Of a stretch of DNA of 64,000 bases, positions 1 to 13,112 are shown in pieces. The notes under the pieces were generated by a model. The model worked only from the letters and a program-made list of their open reading frames with translations. It searched no databases and was not told where the DNA came from. The translations under genes were made by a program, and so were the position numbers. The DNA lies in NCBI GenBank assembly GCA_964016885.1, contig OZ024756.1, forward strand, positions 29,884,001-29,948,000, given 5' to 3'. Position 1 is the first letter of the stretch; every line of letters begins with the position of its first letter. Origin of the DNA: Eledone cirrhosa (Eukaryota).

Positions 1-69
<69 letters not shown>

Positions 70-375
70 AAAAGAGGATTAACACAGATAAGCGATACAG
101 TAGGGGTTATTTCTAGCATTTACATATGTTTCATCACCTTGTGTTGTTGTGGTTGTCTTGAAATTGCTATTCTCCATTATCAATTGTGAAAACTCGAATT
201 CAAATACAGAGGAATATTACGTCACTGGCGAATTTTCAAAAGATTTCTCATTATCGGCTACTCTAAACTAGGGAATATATTTATATTTATATCTACGCAA
301 TAACATTTCTTACACAATATTGATTAGCTCTTTTATTTATCTCTCCCCCCTCTCTCTCTCCCTCACTCTGTCTCC

Positions 376-454
<79 letters not shown>

Positions 455-990
455 CAGTTGACTGCCGAGTCCATAGTAAGGATCAAACCGCCAGACTCTT
501 TCAAAAACGAAAGAGAGGCGGTTTTCCTCTGTACGGTGGCTATGGTGAAAGAAGTTATATGGTGGACGAGGTTGAGAGGACTGAGGACAGATGCCTTTCT
601 CTCCGGACAACAATTGATTCCATTCTTTAAGTATCACTTTAGAAGGAGAATCAGGGTGGAGAGAGAGGCACTGCACCCCAGTAAATTTACTGAAAGGTGG
701 GTGAATGAAGCGAAAATGGCCCGAGTGATTGGGCCTTCTCTGTTTATAAGCCTGTAGGTTGAGGAAGAGAGCAAAAGGAAGAAAGGAGCACTTGCACAAC
801 ACGCTCCTTGAGTTGAGGGTTGTTCTATCGACGGGGTATTAAACAACCCATTTGTGGCGCCTCCCCCCTATTGGGGATTTCGATTGTTGAAATTGTTTGT
901 TTTTATATTTTTTACACGACTGTATGTAAAATCCCCGGCATGTCTTTGTATTGTCCCCTTTCTTGTTGCGCCCTTGTGGCTAATAAAGAA
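455..990 (+). mobile_element. 5'-truncated Tx1/L1-like non-LTR retrotransposon 3' end (ORF2 C-terminus plus 3' UTR) inside a (TCTA)n tract
   Basis: Non-repetitive frame ...AVFLCTVAMVKEVIWWTRLRG...FFKYHFRRRIRVERE...FTERW stops at 757 and resembles Tx1/L1 ORF2 C-termini (recalled resemblance). The 3' UTR ends AATAAAGAA, and (TCTA)n lies on both sides. Confidence 0.65.
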
Positions 991-1404
991 ATCTATCTAT
1001 CTATCTATCTATCTATCTACTTACTCACCTCTCGACCTATCTACGTATATTTCTACCTCTGTCTTCAGTCAACTATTGGGATAGAGATGAAGTATGACAA
1101 GTCTAAATATATACAGCTTCTGTAAGGATTGTAAGAGTTCTGATATTTCGGGCTACAAACTCTTTACCAAGGAAAAGACAAGAGTCAGTTCCGCCTGTTG
1201 GTGATATGCATCAGGAAGTAGTGAAAGTAATGTCGGTCGGATGTAAGTAGGTTGATTAAATGTGGCTTCTTAGGTGAATAGGAACAGATGGTCAGCTGAA
1301 ATGTCTGACTTGCGAAACAGTATGTATGTATGTATGTATGTATGTATGTATGTATGTATGTATGTATGTATGTATGTATGTATGTATGTATGTATGTATG
1401 TGTG

Positions 1405-1436
<32 letters not shown>

Positions 1437-1505
1437 TGTATGTATGTATCTATGTAAGCATGTATATATGTACGTATGTATGTGTGTATGTATGTGTGTA
1501 TATAT

Positions 1506-1930
1506 GATCGGGTCGTCGGTGACTAAACCGGCAACCCCACCAAGATTACTTGCTGAGGAGGGTGATTTTGGACACCCTGCAGGGCAAAAAACAAAACCTG
1601 ACAAAGGGCGGAATAACTCATAAGAGTCAATGGCCATCCAAAAATGTGTAAATATATATATACATATGTACATATCTATGTATATGTACATATATATATA
1701 TATGTATGCATGTGTGCATATGTGTGTATATGCGCGGGGACATAGAAATAATCGGGCTGGATACCGATCGTGCGGTTAAACCACTGGGAGGGAAGGACCC
1801 TTAGCCTTTGTCAGGGCATTCTTCTAGGAGAAGGCAACTCAGGAAACTGGGATAACTCCAACATAAAACCTGCGGCTCAGTAGTTACCGATGATGTGCAC
1901 AGTCTTTCCCCACAGGCATTGCACGATAGA
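1506..1930 (+). mobile_element. RTE-like 5' UTR fragments interrupted by simple repeat
   Basis: Shares GGACACCCTGCAGG...AAGAGTCAATGGCCATCCAAAA and ACCCTTAGCCTTTGTCA...TCTAGGAGAAGG with 41600-41900. The family call is from resemblance only. Confidence 0.45.
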
Positions 1931-1937
1931 ATTAATT

Positions 1938-2109
1938 AATTGTTTCTATTTTAGGCACAAGGCCAGCAATTACCCAGTACATTACTGGTACTTTATTTTA
2001 TCGACCCCGTAAGGATGAAAGGCAAAGTTAACCTCGGCCGGATTTGAACTCAGATCGTAAAGGGACGTAACTATGCTGAAAAGCATGGCGTCAGACCCTC
2101 TACCGATAC
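1938..2109 (-). mobile_element. tRNA-derived SINE family A (Meta-domain-like)
   Basis: Minus strand has the B-box GAGTTCAAATC and the core TTAACTTTGCCTTTCATCCTTACGGGGTCGATAAAATAAAGTACCAG. About 12 copies occur in the window. Confidence 0.85.
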
Positions 2110-2147
2110 AAATGTTATATTGTGCACTGATGACCCATACTCCACCT

Positions 2148-2430
2148 CAGACCATCTGAGAGGTCACTGATGGCTTGTCCAACCCTTCAGACCATCTGAG
2201 AGGTTACTAATGGCCTGTCCAACCCCTCGGCCTATCTGAGAGGCCAGAAGCTCTGTGGCCCCTCGGCCCATCTGAGAGGCCAGAAGCTCTGTGGCCGCTC
2301 GGCCCATCTGAGAGGCCAGAAGCTCTGTGGCCCCTCGGCCCATCTGAGAGGCCAGAAGCTCTGTGGCCCCTGGCCCATCTGAGAGGCCAGAAGCTTTGTG
2401 GCCACTCGGCCCATCTGAGAGGCCAGAAGC
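2148..2430. repeat. GC-rich minisatellite, 36-bp unit (about 6 copies) preceded by two ~40-bp variants
   Basis: Repeated CCATCTGAGAGGCCAGAAGCTCTGTGGCCCCTCGGC; 12-aa periodicity in the ORF track. Confidence 0.9.
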
Positions 2431-3092
2431 GCAATGGACATACTCGATAACGAGGGGGCAGACATCATATATGAGAGAATCTATCTTGTCGGAGACTTTG
2501 TATCTCATTCACAGACGATACACTGCTGGCTTTGTGTGTGTTTATGTATGTATGTATGTATGTATGTATGTATGTATGTATGTATGTATGTATGTATGTA
2601 TGTATGTATGTATGTATGTATGTATGTGTGTACGTGTATGTATGTCTGTGTGTTTGTGTATGTGTGTGTGTATATATGTGTGTGTATGTATGTATATAGT
2701 TGTGTGTATGTATGTATATATGTGTATGTATGTATGTATGTATGTATGCATGTATGTATGTATGTATGTATGTGTGTACGTGTATGTATGTCTGTGTGTT
2801 TGTGTATGTGTGTGTGTATATATGTGTGTGTATGTATGTATATAGTTGTGTGTATGAATGTATATATGTGTGTGTATGTATACATGTGTGTGTGTATGTA
2901 TATGTATGTGTGTGTGTTTGTGTATATATGTGTGTGTGTAACATGACATACTTTAATACAATAGGAGTTCTATCGCCATTGTATACAGATATGTAAACTA
3001 TTTACACCTTCATTGAGTTGACACCATCTCACTTTCACCGTCTGGTTTTATTTTCACTTTTTACTTCTTATATATACACATATATGAATGTA

Positions 3093-3146
<54 letters not shown>

Positions 3147-3278
3147 TGTGTGTGTGTGTAAATATATGTATATATACTTATTCATATATGTAAATATATT
3201 TATATATAAATATATGTAAATATATAAATATTTGTAGATATATAAATATATATATATGTATATATGTATATATGTATG

Positions 3279-3330
<52 letters not shown>

Positions 3331-3359
3331 GTATATGTATATATATATATATGTATATG

Positions 3360-3390
<31 letters not shown>

Positions 3391-3480
3391 ATATCTGTGT
3401 GTGTGTGTGTGTGTGTATAAATTGGGATGGTTTCAGTTTGAAACTGGTTAGACCATTACCCACCAGAGTACTCGATACAT

Positions 3481-3553
<73 letters not shown>

Positions 3554-4064
3554 ATGTATTCAAATAAACTTTCGCTTCATTGCCTTTTCATTTAACTTTA
3601 TGATAGCTACTATTAGCTTTTAATTTGGGATACACCACTCTTTTCCATTTCCTTTCCTTTCGTCCTTCTATTTGTGCTGTTTCTTTTATCACACACACAT
3701 CATACCAGCAGAAAGATTTATTTTTCTGGCACACGATCCAGCCTTTTAAAATTGAACGCCCAATTCAATCGTGCGAAACCATTTTGCTGGTTTGAGAGCT
3801 GATGAGTGTGAAGATGTGTGTATGTAAACTTGTTTTGTACATCGTGTTTATTCATTTCCTCTTCTGGTAATTTCTGTGCCCTAACACACTTCTTGTCCTC
3901 CTCCTCTTTTAATCTTTTCTATATTTCATCTGCCTGTCATCTACCTTATGGATTTTCTCTCTCTAATGTCCACATGCCGATGGTCTCTGTCCTCTGAGGC
4001 GTTTATGCCCATCGCTGTTTTTGACAGGATTTAGCTGTTTCAACGTTCTAGCGATGAGTTTTAA

Positions 4065-4291
4065 ATACTCTTTTACTCTTTTACTCTTTTACCTGGCCGA
4101 GGCCATGCTGGGGCACCGCCCTTGTTGCTACACATTTTATCTCCAGCCTGTATTGGTTGGCCACTGGTGTAAGAGGGAGTTTGTTGCCGCTGCCCTTAAG
4201 TTTCCCTCGTGCCTTGCTGTGGGCTCATCCGGGATCCTGGATAGCAAGGTGTCGAGATCTCGCTTCGTCTCGATCAGAGATAGTATTGTTT

Positions 4292-4296
<5 letters not shown>
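4065..4296 (-). mobile_element. CR1-group LINE 3' fragment
   Basis: KRDLDTLLSRIPDEP...RAAATNSLLHQ resembles CR1-group ORF2 C-termini, followed by GTGCCCCAGCATGGCC and a (TAAAAGAG)n tail. A similar tail lies near 29747-29783. Confidence 0.65.
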
Positions 4297-4339
<43 letters not shown>

Positions 4340-4341
<2 letters not shown>

Positions 4342-4708
4342 AAAATTAAAATAAATCAAAATGAATTTAATCTAAATCAAAATTATGGGTGTCATGCCAG
4401 AAAGGCATGCGCCATATCACCCGTAAAATAAGCTCCAAGATTGTAATGAATAGGTCCGAGCATTTTATAACAACTAGAAATTGATTAACATATAAATAAA
4501 CATATGAAACAATCACAGGGGATAATTTTTACAAGTGTGTAAGCACACATAGCTAGGTAGGTAACTAAATAAAGTTAACTAGAACTTCAAAAATAGATAC
4601 CTTATAATAAGATTAATCTTCCCTGTATATATTCCATTAAAGAAATATATTTCCCCTGTGATTGTTTCATATGTTTATTTATATGTTAATCAATTTCTAG
4701 TTGTTATA
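4340..4708. mobile_element. Fold-back insert in (TA)n: ~57-bp inverted arms plus one-sided tail
   Basis: About 4466-4522 (TATAACAACTAGAAATTG...CACAGGGGA) is the reverse complement of about 4652-4708. Flanked by (TA)n. Confidence 0.8.
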
Positions 4709-4716
4709 TATATATG

Positions 4717-4842
<126 letters not shown>

Positions 4843-4843
4843 A

Positions 4844-4884
<41 letters not shown>

Positions 4885-5349
4885 TATGTATACATAACTG
4901 ACTGTTGTGTTACTACTTCTACCAAACTCGTCCCATGGACTGAGTGCTCTACCACTACGGATATTACCTTCCAGTGTTCTACCTCTCTCTCTCTCACTCA
5001 CTCTCTCGATATATATAAGCGAAGACAAAATGGAAGCAAGCAAATTTCCCTGGTTTATCACGTGACGATCAAAAAGTTCAGATTGAAGAAAGAAAATCCT
5101 ACTCCCATTTCACAAACTCTGCTTCCTCCATACACACACACATACATAAATACACACACACACATACATACATACCCAAAGACACATATACACACACATA
5201 GACACAAATACATACACACACACATACACACACATATGCACACACATACACACATACATACACAAAGACACACACACGCGCACACAGAGTTACGCACACA
5301 CACACACACACACACAAAGTTACGCACACACAGACATATACACACACAG

Positions 5350-5530
5350 TTACACACACACACATACATAGATATTAAAGTAAAGTAAATATGTAATATA
5401 TATATAAAAGACCAACGTCGTTAAAATGGCGAGGAAATAGCGAAGTTTATCAGAAAGGTTTGGTGACATTTTAACATTGATTAAATTCTCGTCCATCATC
5501 TTGTCTTCAGTATCAGTGTTAATAGTAGTG

Positions 5531-5571
<41 letters not shown>

Positions 5572-5620
5572 TGTTGTTGTTGTTGTTTTAGTAGTAGTAG
5601 TTGTAGTAGTAGTAGCAGTT

Positions 5621-5652
<32 letters not shown>

Positions 5653-5773
5653 TGTTGTAGTGGTAGTAGTAATTGTAGTAGTAGTAGTTGTTGTAGTAGT
5701 TGTAGTAGTAGTAGTAGTTGTTGTTGTAGTAGTTGTAGTAGTAGTAGTAGTTGTTGTTGTTGTAGTTGTAGTG

Positions 5774-5811
<38 letters not shown>

Positions 5812-5962
5812 TGTTGTAGTAGAAGTTGTAGTAATAGTAGTAGAATTAATAGTAGTAGTAGTTGTTGTAGTAGTAGTGATAGTAGTAATTGTAGTAGTAG
5901 TAATAATTGTTGTTATTGCAGTAGTAGAGGTTGTAGTATTGGTAGTAGTTGTAGTAATAGTT

Positions 5963-6006
<44 letters not shown>

Positions 6007-6291
6007 TGTAGTAGTAGTTGTAGTAGTAGCAGTAGAAGCAGTAGTAGTAGTAGTAGTATTAGTGGTGGTGCTAGTAGTAGTAATTGTAATTGTAATTATA
6101 GTAGTAGTTGTTGTTGTAGTAGTAGTGGTTGTAGTAGTGGTGGTTGTAGTAGTAGTAGTAGTAGAAGTAGTAGAAGTAGTAGTAGTAATAGTAGTAATAG
6201 CAGTAGTAGTAGTAGTAGAAGTAGTAGCAGCAGTAAAAGTAGTAGTAATAGTAGTAGTAGTAGTTGTAGTAGTAATAGTAGTAGCAAGTAA

Positions 6292-6328
<37 letters not shown>

Positions 6329-6339
6329 TGTGGTAGTAT

Positions 6340-6378
<39 letters not shown>

Positions 6379-6408
6379 CAATAGTAGTAATAGTAGTAGT
6401 AGTAGTAA

Positions 6409-6466
<58 letters not shown>

Positions 6467-6536
6467 TGTGGTAGTATTAGTAGTAGTAGTAGTAGTAGTT
6501 GTGGTGTTGCTAGTGGCATTCTGACCCGACCGGAAA
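5350..6536 (-). CDS. Possible terminal exon: Thr-rich mucin-like stalk plus hydrophobic C-terminus (needs one frameshift near 6287)
   Basis: A putative acceptor TTTCTAG precedes [13 protein letters not shown]...; the frame ends [49 protein letters not shown]. It could simply be an (ACT)n microsatellite. Confidence 0.3.
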
Positions 6537-6711
6537 CTAGAAAGTTGCGTCCCACGTTACCATCACTGCAGTACAAACAACAACAACAACAACATAGTTA
6601 CAGTGCCGCCATCAGAAATACATACACACATACACATACATACACACCTATACATACATACATACACGCATGCACACACATGCACGCATACAGATATACC
6701 CACATATATAT

Positions 6712-6771
<60 letters not shown>

Positions 6772-7509
6772 GCATACACACACACACACATATATATATA
6801 TACACACAGTACCGCCACCACACAACAGACACACATAGACGCACACGCACACACACACACACACACACATACACATATATTTATATGTACATACACAGAG
6901 GAAGAAGGCCAGGGTGTATTGTGGTGGTGGTGGTGGTGGTGGTGGTGGTGTGAAAGAGAACTAGAGTTGAACTATTATAAAACAACAGTTGGACTAGACA
7001 ATTACTCAGAAGCTGGCAAAAGGAAGTTGATTAGTATATTAAAGAAACAAAAACAAAAATAGATAAATAAATATATTGAAACATTTTCTCTCTGTACATA
7101 AGGAAACAATGAGGTAGAAAGAGGAAGTTGACTTCGTTGAAATAACCCGTTTAGTTAAGGACTGGAAAGGTTAAAAAACAAACAACCAAATTATGAAATC
7201 AAATAGCAATTTCAAAATATATCGATGAAAAAAATAATGAAAAAAAAAAAAAACTAAGAAAATCCGAGCGAAAAAAAGCCACTCCATAGCCAATATACCA
7301 ATTCTCAACAAAGTTTGACAGAGAGGGGGAGGCAAATTAATTATGGTGGCTCCAAAGCTCTGAAATACAAGTAGAATCGTGCGCATAGAAACACACAAAC
7401 ACACACATAACAACACAACGTGTACACAGAGGCACTATGCACACAAGTCGAATTTCTTCATCACCTATGTGTATGTGTGTGTGTGTGTGTGTGTGGGTGT
7501 ATGTGTGTA

Positions 7510-7712
7510 TAGTTCCACAACCGTTAGTTCACCATACCGAGATCAATTGTTTCACTTTATTCGGATCATCAGCCCGGCTCGAATGATCCGAATAAGGTGA
7601 AACAATTGTTCTCGGTATGGTGAACTAACTGTTGTGGAACTACACCTATCAAGCTCGTCCCATGGACTAAGTGCTCTACCACTAGGGATATAACCCCAAA
7701 GTATTCTACTAC
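7510..7712. mobile_element. Fold-back PLE-like insert with hammerhead at apex
   Basis: Arms 7510-7569 and 7583-7642, tail to 7712, then (TA)n. A related tail lies at 4897-4985. Confidence 0.8.
7537..7577 (-). ncRNA. Minimal type I hammerhead ribozyme motif
   Basis: Minus strand reads CCGGG-CTGATGA-TCCGAATAAAGT-GAAA-CAATTG-AT-CTCGG. The opposite arm has GAAACAATTGTT with palindromic stem III ACAATTGT. This copy carries substitutions. Confidence 0.7.
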
Positions 7713-7860
7713 TATATATATATATATATATATTTTTGTTTTTAAAATCCAATGTCAATAAATACGCCAGGATTTTTTCATTCTGATGATTGAAAGCAAC
7801 ATTTTTTGCTTTTAAGAAACCACTGGTAAATGAAATAATTGCCTTATGTTGTTTATTACA

Positions 7861-7939
<79 letters not shown>

Positions 7940-7944
<5 letters not shown>

Positions 7945-8109
7945 CAGTCGATCGACTTTCGTCAAATCGGACCGAGGAAACAATGTTTCTATTGATCTTT
8001 CTAATTGCTAATACTAACTATCGGTCGCAAGTCCAGGTAGAAGGAGGAGCAACGTGAAATAAAGTGTCTTGCTCAAGGACATAACGCATTACCCGGTCCG
8101 GGTAATGCG

Positions 8110-8112
<3 letters not shown>
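7940..8112 (-). mobile_element. SINE family B, 5'-truncated with terminal hairpin, in (TA)n
   Basis: Core GGAGCAACGTGAAATAAAGTGTCTTGCTCAAGGA is shared with 12925-13112 and 15910-16250. Ends in ATAACGCATTACCCGG-T-CCGGGTAATGCGTTAT. Confidence 0.75.
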
Positions 8113-8167
<55 letters not shown>

Positions 8168-8428
8168 AATTCCCTTTTCTTTAAATCCATCAACCAATGA
8201 CCTTTACCCATCTCAATCACCACCGTCTTCTACCACGAGAAAAGGTTTAAATACCACCATAGTACTTGGACAGTCGGCTTCCTGGGGATTTCTCCCGAAT
8301 GAAACAGTTCTAGTCCCGTAGAAGCCATTTCTATAACATATATATATATATATATATATAGTAATAATAATAAATGTAAAATCCAAAGGGTGAAAGCAGC
8401 AATTCTTTGCTTAAACTTTAATCTGTTA

Positions 8429-8506
<78 letters not shown>

Positions 8507-8559
8507 CGTACATATACATTTATTATATATATATATATTAGTCTTTACATTTATTATTA

Positions 8560-8594
<35 letters not shown>

Positions 8595-8698
8595 AGTAAT
8601 GAAGTTTCCGTTGAAAATTGAAAAAGTCATAGGAGTGAAGAGTGTTCTATGTAAGTACCAGAGCAAAATTTAATGTATAATAAACAATACAATATAAT

Positions 8699-8772
8699 TA
8701 CCTCATTACCAGAGGTTTCCCGAATAAGACGAATACGAAAAAAACGTCCTCATTCGTTCGTCGGACAAGGTA
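8699..8772 (-). ncRNA. Type I hammerhead ribozyme motif (CCGANGA core variant)
   Basis: TACCTTGT-CCGACGA-a-CGAATGAGGAC...GTCTTATTCG-g-GAA-ACC-TCT-GGT-A-ATGAGGTA. Stems I, II and III all pair; GUA cleavage triplet. Confidence 0.7.
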
Positions 8773-9092
8773 ATATAAAACATAGTGAAATATTTGGAAA
8801 GTCTCCTCAAGAAATGAAAAAAAAAAAAAAAATTAAAATAAAAAATAAATAAAAGTAATGCAAGAGATATATAAAATATATAAAAAATATAAGGAAATAT
8901 AGTTAGGTATGTGTATATGTATGTATATACACTCACAAATGTACATATGTATGTATGTACAAATGCATGTGTATGGTGAAAATGTGTGCGTAAGTACATA
9001 TATAAGGGCAAGTATATTTGTGTATATGTGACCACAAATACCGATATAATATGAGTTGAAAAAGAAAATGATAATATAGTTGACACGCATCC

Positions 9093-9123
<31 letters not shown>

Positions 9124-9545
9124 GGCATTATAGTTATTCATTTACTATGACTTTTTCAACGTACGATCACCCCTACCAAGTTATTTTCAGTTTGTAAAAA
9201 AAACAACAAAAAAACAAACAAAAAACAAAAAAAAACCAACAAAAAAATAAAATCCTATCAAACTCCAAGAATATTTAAGATGGATGATGTCATCCAAGAA
9301 TAATAATATTCAGAATGAGAGATCACCATCTTTGACTTCTAAGGTTTCTATAGCTCTCGTTTTCTTTTCTTCCTTACGTTGATCTGATTTTATTACATAC
9401 ACAAGGGTGCCGAAATCTCTGGAAATTTATGACCACATTCAATATTTTAATACTCCTATTGTAAACAATAACGTTATCGTTATCGTTTTTTTTTTTTGCT
9501 CGCTCACATAAGGCCATTTAAAATTTTTTTTTATGAGAGCTTTAT

Positions 9546-9804
<259 letters not shown>

Positions 9805-9893
9805 CGAAACATAAGTCAATTGCATTGCATTAACTCATAATCCGTTATATATATATACATACATACACACATATACATCCATATATATATATA

Positions 9894-10090
<197 letters not shown>

Positions 10091-10344
10091 CCATATATAT
10101 CTATCAATTCTTTAAATTTTTTTTCAACTTTACTTCATGCATTGTTGAACAATCTATGTTGATGCTTTATAGATTTCAAGTCTCAACAATGTCAATTATG
10201 GGTTCGTCGGTTGTTTGCTATAAAACCTATACAGTATTACTCACATAGGAATATTTGAGAAATTTTGGGGCAGAAAAATAATTTTAAAGATAGTTTTGTT
10301 CGATTTTATATATGTATATATATATATATGTTCGCTTTCTCTTA

Positions 10345-10597
10345 ATTTTGAGTACATTTTTGACTGGACACCTTCCTTGTGGCAAGGTTGTAAAAGAAAA
10401 GAAATTGTCATCCCTTGAATCGCGAGGTTGTTTTGCAAATTTTGAAGGTGCCAGATATCGCGGTCATTTGCATTCTATGAATTAGGGAGCTGCGCCTTTT
10501 GTCCACAAATCCAAGTTCAGTCATATTTTGCTCCAAGTGGGTTCGTATGTAACCTGTAGCTCCACTAATAATGGATAGGAAGCTGAAGGTGTATCTT

Positions 10598-10600
<3 letters not shown>
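10345..10600 (-). mobile_element. R4/Dong-like RLE non-LTR retrotransposon 3' fragment
   Basis: YTFSFLSIISGATGYIRTHLEQNMTELGF...MQMTAISGTFKICKT resembles the post-RLE C-terminal motif (P-I-x-x-G-A-x-G...Q...GT). (TA)n lies at both sides. Confidence 0.55.
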
Positions 10601-10632
<32 letters not shown>

Positions 10633-10844
10633 AATGAAAAATGGCGTGCTGTGTTGTTGCAAATGTGATATACAAATTAAAATGAAGAATTAGAAATAGG
10701 ACTACCCATCATCAGTGATCTACTAGCCATCATAGGTATTTCTTCACATTAAAGACCAGATACTTCAGGCTAGCGCGAACAATAACTAAAATAAGTTATT
10801 GGGATAAAAAGAATTGGGTGGAGAAAGAGATCCAAGTACGAGTT

Positions 10845-11110
10845 CTCTCCAAGCGGTGTCTGTCCCTCATCATCACTGCCATGTCCTGCGTATCCAAGAG
10901 ACCAGTGTCTGTCCTTAGGGCATCAACATATGTCAACTCCGGTCTCCCTTTTCTAGTGTGTCCATGCAGGGGCTCCCACAGGAGCACTGAGTGCAGCGTC
11001 AAATCTGGATGTCGGTGAGTATGTCCAGCTAACTCCAGTCTCCTCTCTGCTACTCTCGAGCTGACTTTTGGGAGGCTCCCGTACAGTTCTGAGTGGAAAC
11101 TCTGAGTGTA
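10845..11110 (-). mobile_element. RTE-clade LINE 3' fragment
   Basis: VLLWEPLHGHTRKGRPELTYVDALRTDTG...MMRDR matches the typical RTE C-terminus (GRP..TY.D...D.G...M.DR). Confidence 0.75.
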
Positions 11111-11154
11111 TACTGATTAACCCCCCCCCCCCCACACATATATATATATACACA

Positions 11155-11765
11155 TGTTTTGCAAGGTTTTTGATATGAAATCGTGTGTCGTGTGTCGAAA
11201 CAAATATTGTTATACTTGGGGAGAGTCATATTGTTGTAATAATATTGCCAGAAATAATAACAGAACACACTCACTGTTCGGTTGGTCTTCGCTTCTGTAT
11301 CTTCTATATCTTCATAGTTAATTTATTTGGCAATCAATGTTTATCATTAATTGACCAACGGTTAACAATACAGATATAAATATATATATATAGTCTATCA
11401 AAGTTCTTTCGTTGCACATCTGCAGCATCACCAGTAGTACTATTATGTTCCCTCCTATTGTATTGTATTGTATTGTAAAGTCTACGCCATTTTAATTTTT
11501 ATTTTTATATATACAAACAGTGAGTATGTTCTGTTATTATATCTGGCAGTGAATTGGCAGTATCGGTAGAGGGTCGGACGCCATGCTTTGACGCATAGAG
11601 TTACGGCCCTTGCCATTCTGAGTTCAAATCCCGCCGAGGTTAACTTTGCCTTTCATCCTTACGGGGTCGATAAAATAAAGTACCAGTAATGTACTGGATA
11701 ATTGCTGGCTTTGTGCCAATAGTAGACACAATTATTACAACAATATGACCCTCCCCAAGTATAAC
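11155..11765. mobile_element. Fold-back insert (same family as 15436-15860) with a SINE A nested in one arm
   Basis: 11155-11380 matches the 15436 family. The inverted arm is split into about 11516-11549 and 11732-11765 by SINE A. Confidence 0.75.
11545..11733 (+). mobile_element. SINE family A, full length
   Basis: GGCAGTGAATTGGCAGTATCGGTAGAG (A-box-like)...GAGTTCAAATCC (B-box)...TAGAcACAATT. Confidence 0.9.
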
Positions 11766-11984
11766 TATAACTATATATATATATATATAAATATCATAAG
11801 AAACGGAGAATCAGTGGTACGACGAATAAGATTTATTAGACATATTACAATCGTTTCTCTGGCGACGATCTGGAGGCACGATCGATACAATATTCAAACC
11901 TGACTCTGAAATCGGTTATTGTATTCTATCTTAGTTTACTAGTGTGTGTTTATACGTGTTTGTTGTTATTGTGCTTGTGTATGT

Positions 11985-12282
11985 ATTTATTTATTTATTT
12001 CTACTTCTCTTAAGTCAGTATTGTTTGTTTGGATGTGGTTGTTATTCCATTCATTTTTTCTGTTTAGCCTTAGAAGTCCAAAGCTAAACAGAACAAACAG
12101 AAAAATTGAATGGAATAACAACAACACCCAAACAAACAATACTGACCTAAGAGAAGTATAAATAAATAAATAAATAAATAAATAAATACATACGTCTATT
12201 GATTTTGGAGCAAATCCTCTTTCGGAGCATAGAGTGCTCAACCGGCATACCACCTATGGGCACCTCCTAGGTACCATAAGAT
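11985..12282. mobile_element. Fold-back insert with ~85-bp arms plus tail
   Basis: About 11985-12066 is the inverse of about 12095-12180. The tail runs to 12282, then (TA)n. Confidence 0.7.
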
Positions 12283-12303
12283 ATATATATATATATACAT
12301 ATG

Positions 12304-12339
<36 letters not shown>

Positions 12340-12561
12340 ATTAAATGTAGAATGTTGGAGTATATGTAGATAACCTAGATTACTGGATTAAACACAGAAA
12401 CTGCGGTGTACAGGATCAGATGTCGAAAGTTTAAAGCCTAATATTTATTTAAAAAAAATGAAATATGCTGCATTAAATACAGAATCTTTACAATGCTGGA
12501 TTAGATATAGAAACTCCTAAGTGCCCGACAGCGCTATATAAGTATATAGTATGGTTATTAA

Positions 12562-12612
<51 letters not shown>

Positions 12613-12924
12613 GAGAAGAAAGAAGAATACTGCGTGGTTGCACATGGGTTACATATGATAAAATTAGTCCTTCGTCAGTGATTTGTCAACCATCATTGAT
12701 ATTTCATCGCATTAAAAATCATATACCTCAGGTTGGTGAGAGCAATAACTAAAAAAAGCTATTGGGACAAGTTAATCGCGTAAAGCGAGTGAGACAAGTA
12801 AACAACATAGAAGGATGAAAGCAACGCAAAAATGGGAATAAACAAGCAACATGGTTATCCGGTCAGCATAAGCTGGGTGGATTTCATGAGCGATCAAGAT
12901 ACATATATATATATATATATGTAT

Positions 12925-13112
12925 ATATCGATCGACTTTCATCAAATCAGACCGACTAAATAATGTTTTCGTCGGTCTTTTCAGCTGCTAATACTATCTA
13001 TCGGTCGCAACTCCAGGTAGAAGGAGCAACGTGAAATAAAGTGTCTTGCTCAAGGACACTACGCATCGCCCGGTCCAGGAATCGAACTCACAACCTCAAG
13101 ATTGTGAATCCA
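12925..13112 (-). mobile_element. SINE family B in (TA)n
   Basis: Similar to 7940-8100; the minus strand has a B-box-like GAGTTCGATTCC. Confidence 0.75.

Noticed and set aside
11545-11635. tRNA gene
   Set aside because: A/B boxes belong to a SINE head; no cloverleaf, and the SINE body follows.
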